A DNA stretch of 18,188 nucleotides. It comes from an uncultured Bacteriovoracaceae bacterium (lineage in GTDB: Bacteria > Bdellovibrionota > Bacteriovoracia > Bacteriovoracales > Bacteriovoracaceae). The first letter of the stretch is position 1, and every line of letters begins with the position of its first letter. The notes below the pieces were generated by a model. It did no database searches and was not told where the DNA came from. It saw nothing but the letters and a program-made list of their open reading frames with translations. Shown here piece after piece: positions 1 to 7,426 of the stretch. The position numbers were made by a program, and so were the translations under genes. The stretch spans positions 1 to 18,188 of the forward strand of contig CAXGUD010000063.1 in the NCBI GenBank assembly GCA_964012805.1, given 5' to 3'.

Positions 1-2
1 TG

Positions 3-893
3 GGTCGCTTAGCAATAACCGCAAAGCTTTTCTTTCCAAATATAAAAGTTGCTTCCATTGAAATTGTCAAAGAAAGATTAGACCTAGCAAAAGAGGCCCT
101 CACAAATATTGGTTGCACTGGATCCTTCAATCTTTACCATAAAAACCTTAATGAATTAGACTCAGATCTTGACAAAAAAGACCTTAAAGAATGGTTTGAA
201 ACTTTCGATTCTGCTTTTCTCTACCTCTCATCCAACCCAACCTTTAAAACCTTAATGACCAAACTTAAAAAGAGGGCCCTTAAAAAGCCATTCACTGCCA
301 TTGCTGTTGAATCTCATGGAGACCTTCTAACAACCCTTAAGAAAGATAACCCTTGGCTTACAGAAGAAAAGCAGAAATTAAAGTCGAACTCCAAAAGGTG
401 GTCAGAGGACATTTCCTTTTTTAAAAGCTTAAAAGTAGAAAAAATGCAATCACTGCAAAAAGAAGAAGACCTTCTTTTTCAAAAGCTTTTATCAACTCTT
501 AGCGATGTAGGCGTTTTATCAATGAACCAAGTTCCGCTTAAATGGAGGCATCTCTTTTTAAATAAACTCTCATCATCAAAAGACTTTGAACTCATTGTTG
601 AAGACCAGGACGTGGGAAGTAAAAACCCACACCACTATATGGCATCAACTTACCTTCTTCAAAATGCTCTTTACAAGCACCGCTATCAAACTCGTTTTCC
701 AGAAAGAGAGTTTGAACCTCAAAAGATTGTCTCCGTCATAAAGCCAGCAAAGAAATGGGATACCTGGCGGAAGGCCCGCTTTCAAAAGAAAAGAATCTCT
801 TCTCTAGGAGAAGTAAGAAAACTCATAATCTCCCCTAAGCCACAGGTTGAATTTTCCATGAAAGGTCGAATAGCACTTGATCAGCTTCACTAA
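3..893 (+). CDS. Class I SAM-dependent methyltransferase-like protein, 5'-truncated by the window edge
   Basis: The frame of the 255..893 ORF is open back to position 3: GRLAITAKLFFPNIKVASIEIVKERLDLAKEAL...FDSAFLYL. This fits the tail of motif I (GxGxGR), the acidic motif II (IE) and a later D-x-x-F-L-Y-L strand. ATG 255 is probably internal. Confidence 0.55.
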   Translation, partial: GRLAITAKLFFPNIKVASIEIVKERLDLAKEALTNIGCTGSFNLYHKNLNELDSDLDKKDLKEWFETFDSAFLYLSSNPTFKTLMTKLKKRALKKPFTAIAVESHGDLLTTLKKDNPWLTEEKQKLKSNSKRWSEDISFFKSLKVEKMQSLQKEEDLLFQKLLSTLSDVGVLSMNQVPLKWRHLFLNKLSSSKDFELIVEDQDVGSKNPHHYMASTYLLQNALYKHRYQTRFPEREFEPQKIVSVIKPAKKWDTWRKARFQKKRISSLGEVRKLIISPKPQVEFSMKGRIALDQLH

Positions 894-908
894 AGATTTT
901 AAGCTCCT

Positions 909-1118
909 CTACTCTTCTTCTAAGTAAAAGAGGGCCTTTTCAAAGTCTCCTTCTTTAACCCAAACTTTTACACCTATTGAAGAGTTCATAAATGATTGAA
1001 CACCTCCACAATCATCGGCCGTTGAAAAACTATAAATTCCATTGGAATTTAAAAGGCCTACGATAAAATCAGCCTCAATTTGAGAAGAAAGGGTTTTTAA
1101 AACGATTAGCTTTTTCAT
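909..1118 (-). CDS. DUF2007-like small putative signal-transducing protein
   Basis: LKTLSSQIEADFIVGLLNSNGI...GVKVWVKEGDFEKA matches the EA-x6-L-x3-GI and V-x-V-x3-D-x3-A pattern. ATG at 1118 overlaps the upstream TGA (ATGA coupling), so it is preferred over the 1130 start. Confidence 0.75.
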   Translation of the reverse strand: MKKLIVLKTLSSQIEADFIVGLLNSNGIYSFSTADDCGGVQSFMNSSIGVKVWVKEGDFEKALFYLEEE

Positions 1119-1507
1119 ACTGATTGACAATCCTCAAAAATATCTTTTTCTTCAAACCAAGTTCTATAAACAATGTATTCTGGTGAAGGTCCAATATCTT
1201 CACACCTTAAAAATAGCTTATTAAAAATAGCTTGTTTTGGTATTCCGCTGCTACTTATATCACAATTTAGTAAATCTGGTCTCGCCACTTTTTTTTCTCT
1301 TTCCACTACACAATGGATTCCTTCTTCTAACTCCTTTAAAAAAGCTTTCTCTAATAAGTAGAATTCATAAAGAGGTCTCCAATTGCAACGCGAATAGGCT
1401 TCTTTTTGGCTGAGGGTAGGTGAATCGTGATAAATAGTACACGCCTTTTCTTTTGAGAAAGAAAGGGTGCCATTCATTAAAAAAAATAGTACAAAAAATG
1501 TTTTCAA
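1115..1507 (-). CDS. Hypothetical secreted Cys-containing protein (130 aa)
   Basis: TTG start with AGGAGG SD (1513-1518), N-terminal signal peptide MKTFFVLFFLMNGTLSFS, six Cys, translationally coupled to the downstream ORF. Confidence 0.7.
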   Translation of the reverse strand: MKTFFVLFFLMNGTLSFSKEKACTIYHDSPTLSQKEAYSRCNWRPLYEFYLLEKAFLKELEEGIHCVVEREKKVARPDLLNCDISSSGIPKQAIFNKLFLRCEDIGPSPEYIVYRTWFEEKDIFEDCQSV

Positions 1508-1532
1508 TGAAACCTCCTAATAAATCGTTAAA

Positions 1533-1626
1533 GTGCAGCCTTTTGAATGAACAACGGGAGGCCACGACTCTTCGTCTATATAGGAAGAATCGTGGCAATT
1601 TGTTCTCGGGTTCATTTGACTCGCAC
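1533..1626. ncRNA. Candidate structured RNA or cis-regulatory leader (rod-like nested hairpin)
   Basis: Nested inverted repeats read on the minus strand: GTGC/GCAC, AGTC/GGCT, AATGAAC/GTTCATT, AAC/GTT and a 13-bp stem GCCACGATTCTTC/GAAGAGTCGTGGC (1561-1573 with 1584-1596). It is GC-rich within an AT-rich intergenic gap. Confidence 0.45.
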
Positions 1627-1685
1627 ATCCACTTAATAAGATAAAAAGAACTAAAGTCTTTAAAATCCTTTTCATTTTTAACCCT

Positions 1686-2234
1686 TTAAGGAAAAGTGAT
1701 TGTCACTCTTGCAGTGGTTGAAGTGTTTGTATTTCCTGATTGAGTCGTCGTAGTCGTATTGGAAATAGAGCCGCTAACTTTCACACCATTGACTTTCTTT
1801 GAGCCAGAAACAGAAATAGAAGCCCTTGACCTTCCATTACTATCTTTTGTTGTGCTTCCTGAAATTGACACACTTTTATTTAAAGAATTTAAATTATATG
1901 GATGGCTAAAAATTTCCACCATTTCATCCCTCAACCCTTCGAAGTTAAGGTCTCTCTTTTTTGCCTCTTTTTCCACTCTTTTTAAAAACTCCCAAGCATC
2001 TATTTTTTTGGTTTTTCCCCCGGTCTCTTTAATCATTTTATTTAAAATCAACTTCTGAAGTTCTTCTTCAAAAGGTGCTCTAAAAACATTTTCCGCAAAG
2101 TGAACGGCTTTTAAATTCTTAGGGAGTTCAAACCCATAAGACTCCTTAAAATCAACTCGATGAAAGTCTTTACTTTCACTGGCCTTAGCACTAAATCCAG
2201 TCATAATAAAAATAATCAGAAATAAATTTTTCAT
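1686..2234 (-). CDS. Hypothetical secreted protein with helical charged N-domain and Ser/Thr/Gly-rich beta-hairpin C-terminus
   Basis: AGGAG SD, signal peptide ending in AKA. Residues 121-182 have repeated SVSISGS/SISVSGS/VKVSGSIS segments and end VTITFP. Confidence 0.8.
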   Translation of the reverse strand: MKNLFLIIFIMTGFSAKASESKDFHRVDFKESYGFELPKNLKAVHFAENVFRAPFEEELQKLILNKMIKETGGKTKKIDAWEFLKRVEKEAKKRDLNFEGLRDEMVEIFSHPYNLNSLNKSVSISGSTTKDSNGRSRASISVSGSKKVNGVKVSGSISNTTTTTQSGNTNTSTTARVTITFP

Positions 2235-2247
2235 TTTTTCTCCTTTT

Positions 2248-2391
2248 TTAGATCATTTGTTTTTCAAAAAAATAATTTCTTCTGGGGTAAAAAGCGCTCG
2301 ATAAGCTTTTATCAGTGACCTTTTCTTTCCCCAAAAAAATAAGGTCGAAGTTCTTTAATTTTTTAAAAAATGATTTTAATTTTTTTTTCAT
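2248..2391 (-). CDS. Unannotated 47-aa Lys/Phe-rich small protein
   Basis: AAGGAGG SD shortly upstream of ATG 2391. Translates MKKKLKSFFKKLKNFDLIFLGKEKVTDKSLSSAFYPRRNYFFEKQMI*. TAA at 2250-2248 sits just before the SD of the next gene, and the ORF lies directly downstream of a sigma54 promoter. Confidence 0.6.
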   Translation of the reverse strand: MKKKLKSFFKKLKNFDLIFLGKEKVTDKSLSSAFYPRRNYFFEKQMI

Positions 2392-2426
2392 TTTTTCCTC
2401 CTTATGAATTCAAACGACTCTTCTAG

Positions 2427-2443
2427 AGCAATCCCGGTGCCAG
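2427..2443 (-). promoter_or_regulatory. Sigma54 (RpoN) -24/-12 promoter
   Basis: Minus strand CTGGCACCGGGATTGCT matches TGGCAC-N5-TTGCW with correct GG/GC spacing, about 35 nt upstream of the SD-preceded ATG at 2391. Confidence 0.8.
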
Positions 2444-2641
2444 TTTTTTAAATTTAGAGGTCAGTGGTGAAAAAATTTAGATAAAGGGCTGAAATTATAT
2501 AAAGATTTCTGATTTAAGTGTTTTTTTCTTTGATTCACTTAAAAGTAAAAGTGGCAAAGAAGGGCTTAAAATTTGCGAAAAAAGAGCATTTTTGACTTTT
2601 TTTAGTCAGGCCCTTAACTCATGACCACTTTCAAAACAAAT

Positions 2642-2668
2642 TTAATTTTAAGCGAAAGAAACCGACAA
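2642..2668 (+). promoter_or_regulatory. Possible sigma28 (FliA)-like promoter
   Basis: TTAA-N15-ACCGACAA versus consensus TAAA-N15-GCCGATAA, 37 nt upstream of the kinase/cyclase start. Confidence 0.35.
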
Positions 2669-2705
2669 GTTAACACTGGTATTATTGAAAAAATGAGTCT
2701 TTACT

Positions 2706-5700
2706 TTGAAGTTAATTTTTTTTATTTTTATTTTTATCTTTTTTAATACCTATTCTTTTTCCAAGGAAAATGTCCTCATTTTAAAAAATGGAATTGGTGA
2801 ATATCAAATTGGACCTTTTGTTGAGGTTCTAGAAGATAAAACAAACAAGCTCACCATTAAAGACATTGAAAATGGACAATATAAAAAAGAATTTAAAAGA
2901 AATAAGCTGGATACGATCGAGCTTAAAACAGGGACGTCAACTTACTGGCTAAAGATTAAAACTGAAAATAAAAGATTAAAGGAATCATATAAAAATGGAG
3001 AACCTTTAACCTGGTACTTTTATTTTAATCATTATGTTTTTGACAAAGTTACTTTTTTTAAAAAAAATTCAAAAGGAAATGAATGGCTTAAAAATTATTC
3101 AGGATTTGACATACCTGTAAAAAAAAGAGAGGTACAATCATTACTTCCTACGTTCATAGTTAACCTAAAAGAGAGTCAGACATTTTATTTTAAATTACAA
3201 AATGACTTATTTAAAACATATGAAACAATGATTCCTTTAAAAATTCATTTAAGCTCCCCAATAAATTATTATTATTTTAAAAGATTTTTATATATTGTTA
3301 GCTTCCTTTTCTGTGGGTTTTTATTAACCTTATTTATTTATAACTTATTAAATTTAATTGAAACCAAAAGCATAACAGACTCCTATTATACAGGATCTCT
3401 ATTATTTTGGTTTCTTTGGTGTTTCCACTTTTATGGCCACAGTCACCTTTACCTTTATCCAAATTATCGATTTTTATTTTGGGATTTCAGTTGGTATCTT
3501 GCGGCCGGCTTTAATCTTTTCTTTAGCCCTTTTTTGTATAGCTATTTATCTTTTAAAAATAACAAAGAGCGATATGCGGAAGTTATTAAATTTAAATGGT
3601 TTTTTGTTTACTTTGGATCGTATACCTTCCTTCAAATTATTTTATCTAAGGTTAACTATCTTGTGGGCTTTTATTTTGGTCTATCAAATACTATTTTATG
3701 TTGGGGAGCTCTTCTTTTAATTTTAATTTATTTTAAAAAGAAACAAGTTAAACCTGCCCAAATACTTTTACAAGCTATGTTAATTTTTTATTTACCTTTA
3801 GTCATTTGGATGCTTACTTTTTTAAATGTTATACCTTCCAATACTTTCACAGACAATATATGGATGTTAGGCAACGTAGGCTTACAATTGGCCCTTTCAA
3901 AAATACTTATCAATAGACATAAGAACCTCCAAGTAGAGTTAGTCAAAAAAGAATTTGAAGCAAAACAATTTGAAAGAGAGGCCGAAAAGAAACTAAAAGA
4001 TGAAGTGAGAAAAGTTCGTTTAATTATGAGTGAGCAAACTAGAACTCTTAAGACTCAAAATAATTTGCTCACCGAAGCTGATTCTAAGAAAACGGAATTC
4101 TTTAAAAATATTTCTCATGAATTAAGAACCCCCCTGACTCTTATTTTAAACCCCTTGGGAAAGCTCCTTGATCAGGATTCAAGAAATGAGGAATTGATCA
4201 TAGTAAATAGAAATGCTCAAAGGCTCTACAAGCTTGTCAATCAACTTCTTGATTTTCAAAAAGTTTCATCAGGTGAAGTGGAAGTTATTATCAAAAAGGT
4301 AAATCTTTTAAATTTTCTTGAAAAATGCGTAGAGAGTTTTAAAAATAATTTAGAACATAAAAAAATTCAATTTAGCTTTTTATTTAATAAAAAAGAAGTG
4401 ACTCCGTCTCTTTTAAGAAATAAAAAAATCTTTATTAAAGGAGACCTAGAATCCATAGAAAAGATCGTTCAAAATTTTCTTTCAAATGCTTTTTATCATA
4501 CCCAAGAAGGATCTTCTATAACATTAAGTTGTGACATAGGCGGCGAAATTCCTGAAGGAAAAGTAAGAATCTCAGTTATTGATGAAGGAACAGGAATTGC
4601 TAAAGAACAGCAAGCCTTTCTATCTGAAACCTTTTCCCACAATAGTACAGGAATAGGTCTTGCCGGAGGTGGAAAAGGACTTGGTCTACCGCTTGTAAAA
4701 GAATTGACGGAAAGGTTAAAAGGAGAAATGAACTTTACTAGCGAGGAAGGTAAAGGAAGCCATTTTTATGTCGAACTTCCAATTTACCATTACAACCTTA
4801 TTGATTGCCTTATTGTTGACGATGAAGAAGATATTAGAGTCATTTATAGTGACCTCTGTGAGCAAACAGACTTTATCGAAACTTTTAAAATTGCAAAAAG
4901 TGCAGATCAAGCCAGAGAGTTTATGGAAGCATTTTCTTTCCAGGTTATTCTTAGCGATGCAGCCATGCCCGGAGAATCAGGCATAGACTTTTTAAAATGG
5001 GCAAGTCAAGCTTCACCTGATTCCAAACGCTACCTTGTCACAGGGAAGGCTGATGAGAAAATTCTTCAAGATTCAGTCAATGAAGGAAAAGTGGATGGAG
5101 TGATTTTTAAACCGTGGTCAAAAAAAGAACTTCTAAGCAAAGTTAAATCAAGTTTAGAAGAAGAGGAATCTGCCAATATAGAAGACTATCTAATGACCAA
5201 CTGGAGCTTTAGTCAAGATAATGAAAATGATGATGATGACCTAGAAGAAGATCATTTTGATGGCGATTTAATGGAAGGCTATACAGAAGTCGTCCTCATT
5301 GTTGATGACCTAGGTGATATGAGAAAAATGATGGCCAATGCCTTAAAAAGCAGTAACTTTCAAACCATCGGTGCTAAAAATGGAAAAGATGGGTTAGAAA
5401 AGGCCCTCAAATATAAGCCTGACCTTATTGTCACAGACTGGGTTATGCCCATTATGTCTGGCCCGGACCTCATACGTAAACTAAGAGAACATAAAGAGTT
5501 TAAAAGTACTCCTATAGTTCTTTTAACTGCAAAAAGTGATGAAGAAAGTAAAATTCTTGGAAGTGAAATCGGTGCTGATGGTTTTTTAGGAAAACCCTTT
5601 AATGAACACGAATTAGTAAGCGTTGTAGGAAATCTTTTAAGTCTTAAATCGAAAGAAAAAGAAGTCATTAACTTAAATAAGCATATTACGGAAAATGTCC

Positions 5701-6335
5701 TTAAAAGATACCTTCCTCCTGCCCTAGTCGATGATATTGTCGCTGGAAAAGTAAGCCTTAATCAAGAACCAAAGGCCATCACAGGAACAATATTGTTTGC
5801 TGATCTCTGCCAATTTACGAAAACGACTCAGAGGCTAAGGTCCGTTAAGATGTCCAGGGTTTTAAACGAGTACCTTTCTTTTATGAATGAAATCATTTAC
5901 AAACACCATGGAACAATTGATAAATTTATTGGTGACGCTATCATGGTTATCTTTGGAGCACCTGTTGAAATTGTACCTCAAGAACAGGCAAAAAGGGCTA
6001 TCGCTTGTGCTATGGAAATGCAAAACCGAATGTGCGAACTTAATGATAAATGGGAAACAGAAAAAATTCCTAATATTAGTATGAGGATAGGGATTCATTT
6101 TGGACCTCTCATTGTTGGTAACTTTGGTGGAGAAAAAAGAAGTGATTATACAGCTATTGGCTCTACAGTGAACCTTGCTTCCAGAATTGAAACGGCTTGT
6201 GAGCCAGGTGAAATATATATGTCCGGTGAAATTTGTGACTTTCTTGGAGAAAATGAGTTTGAGGAAGCTGGATCTTTTTCTCTAAAAGGCCTTGATGGAA
6301 ATACATACCTCTATAGGCTTAAAAAAACTGCCTAA
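2706..6335 (+). CDS. Hybrid sensor: 7TMR-DISM extracellular + 7TM - HisKA - HATPase_c - REC - REC - class III adenylate cyclase
   Basis: Signal peptide, VLEDKTNKLTI and YWLKI (DISM extracellular-like), about 7 hydrophobic segments. H-box SHELRTPL, N-box NFLSNA, DEGTGI, GKGLGL. REC1 LIVDD/ILSDAAMP/KPW and REC2 LIVDD/IVTDWVMP/KPF. Cyclase TILFADL, DKFIGDA, RIGIHFG, DYTAIGSTVNLASR. Confidence 0.92.
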   Translation: MKLIFFIFIFIFFNTYSFSKENVLILKNGIGEYQIGPFVEVLEDKTNKLTIKDIENGQYKKEFKRNKLDTIELKTGTSTYWLKIKTENKRLKESYKNGEPLTWYFYFNHYVFDKVTFFKKNSKGNEWLKNYSGFDIPVKKREVQSLLPTFIVNLKESQTFYFKLQNDLFKTYETMIPLKIHLSSPINYYYFKRFLYIVSFLFCGFLLTLFIYNLLNLIETKSITDSYYTGSLLFWFLWCFHFYGHSHLYLYPNYRFLFWDFSWYLAAGFNLFFSPFLYSYLSFKNNKERYAEVIKFKWFFVYFGSYTFLQIILSKVNYLVGFYFGLSNTILCWGALLLILIYFKKKQVKPAQILLQAMLIFYLPLVIWMLTFLNVIPSNTFTDNIWMLGNVGLQLALSKILINRHKNLQVELVKKEFEAKQFEREAEKKLKDEVRKVRLIMSEQTRTLKTQNNLLTEADSKKTEFFKNISHELRTPLTLILNPLGKLLDQDSRNEELIIVNRNAQRLYKLVNQLLDFQKVSSGEVEVIIKKVNLLNFLEKCVESFKNNLEHKKIQFSFLFNKKEVTPSLLRNKKIFIKGDLESIEKIVQNFLSNAFYHTQEGSSITLSCDIGGEIPEGKVRISVIDEGTGIAKEQQAFLSETFSHNSTGIGLAGGGKGLGLPLVKELTERLKGEMNFTSEEGKGSHFYVELPIYHYNLIDCLIVDDEEDIRVIYSDLCEQTDFIETFKIAKSADQAREFMEAFSFQVILSDAAMPGESGIDFLKWASQASPDSKRYLVTGKADEKILQDSVNEGKVDGVIFKPWSKKELLSKVKSSLEEEESANIEDYLMTNWSFSQDNENDDDDLEEDHFDGDLMEGYTEVVLIVDDLGDMRKMMANALKSSNFQTIGAKNGKDGLEKALKYKPDLIVTDWVMPIMSGPDLIRKLREHKEFKSTPIVLLTAKSDEESKILGSEIGADGFLGKPFNEHELVSVVGNLLSLKSKEKEVINLNKHITENVLKRYLPPALVDDIVAGKVSLNQEPKAITGTILFADLCQFTKTTQRLRSVKMSRVLNEYLSFMNEIIYKHHGTIDKFIGDAIMVIFGAPVEIVPQEQAKRAIACAMEMQNRMCELNDKWETEKIPNISMRIGIHFGPLIVGNFGGEKRSDYTAIGSTVNLASRIETACEPGEIYMSGEICDFLGENEFEEAGSFSLKGLDGNTYLYRLKKTA

Positions 6336-7348
6336 GAAATTGAGTCTCCCCAAAAATTAATATTTTTTAAAAGGGACTTCCTCCCCGTTCTTTCAACGGC
6401 CGTCCCCTTAAAAACACGCCTAAATTCTCTATTACTCATGCTTTCTAGTTCATTTTTAATCTGGCTTTTAGGCCTTTTTAAAAAAAAGTTAAGAAGGTCA
6501 TTCTCTTTCAAAGTTTCAGCTATGAAACTGCCTTCCATTTCATTAACCTGAAGGGGCTTTTTATTCCAAGGACAAACATCCTGACAGATATCACAACCAA
6601 AAATTTCCCCATTAGCTTTCTCCATACCTAATGGAGAGACCTTATCCTCTTTAAAAAGTTCAATTGTATAGGTTGAAATACATTTTTCTGATTGAAGAGT
6701 TCTTGTTTCGGGATCAATGGCTTTAGTTGGACAAAGATCAATACAACGGGTGCAGGTTCCGCAGTGGTCTGTTTCAATTCTTCCTTCATTTAAAGGGAGT
6801 TTTGTTGAGAGAAAGAGAGAGCCTAGCATAACAAAGCTTCCCTCTTGGCGGCTTATAAACATTGAGTTTTTGCCAAACCAACCTAGTCCCGCCCTCGCTG
6901 CTAAGTCTCTTTCAAGAACTGGTTGAATATCAAGTGAGTGAGAAAAAATACAGTTTGGGTAGATTTTTTTAATTTCTAAAGAAATTTTTTGAAGAGAGTC
7001 CCTTAAAACATGATGGTAATCCATTCCCTCAAATCCTAGGGAATAAGAGGCCAATTTAAGACCATTCGCTTCCGGATCATCTTTATAAAAACTATCTAAA
7101 AAAGACTTTTCTTTAGCATAAGAAAAAAGAAAAACGAGAGAGGACTGAAACTCCGGAAAGAAATTGCGGACATCTTTTCTCTTTTCTTTTCTTTCATCGG
7201 CCAAATAACCTAAAGGACCATGACCATCGTTTTCCACCCAGTTTTCAAAACGGTCAAAACTTAGGGGTTTGGGGTTTTCTGTATAGCCCCAGTCGACAAT
7301 GCGAAATTGGTTTAAAAAGGAAGGTGAAAGAACATCATGAAGCGTCAT
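6332..7348 (-). CDS. queG: tRNA epoxyqueuosine(34) reductase QueG
   Basis: DYH, D-x2-PVLERDLAARAGLGWFGKNS and two Fe-S motifs (CGTCTRCIDLCPT; GCDICQDVCPWN). Confidence 0.93.
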   Translation of the reverse strand: MTLHDVLSPSFLNQFRIVDWGYTENPKPLSFDRFENWVENDGHGPLGYLADERKEKRKDVRNFFPEFQSSLVFLFSYAKEKSFLDSFYKDDPEANGLKLASYSLGFEGMDYHHVLRDSLQKISLEIKKIYPNCIFSHSLDIQPVLERDLAARAGLGWFGKNSMFISRQEGSFVMLGSLFLSTKLPLNEGRIETDHCGTCTRCIDLCPTKAIDPETRTLQSEKCISTYTIELFKEDKVSPLGMEKANGEIFGCDICQDVCPWNKKPLQVNEMEGSFIAETLKENDLLNFFLKRPKSQIKNELESMSNREFRRVFKGTAVERTGRKSLLKNINFWGDSIS

Positions 7349-7369
7349 AATGGGGCAAGCTACCCCATT
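7349..7369. promoter_or_regulatory. Hairpin abutting the queG start codon
   Basis: AATGGGG-CAAGCTA-CCCCATT perfect 7-bp stem ending directly before ATG 7348 on the minus strand. Confidence 0.35.
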
Positions 7370-7426
7370 TTGCTGCTTACATCAAGCTCAAGACCTAAGT
7401 TTCACTTTAGACTATAACTTTTAGAC

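Noticed and set aside
1173..2058. Short ORFs 1173..1361, 1365..1628, 1453..1644 and 1759..2058
   Set aside because: They overlap better-supported minus-strand genes or the structured element and show no recognisable motifs.
7349..7426. preQ1 riboswitch upstream of queG
   Set aside because: Lacks the preQ1-I loop consensus and the A-rich 3' tail.
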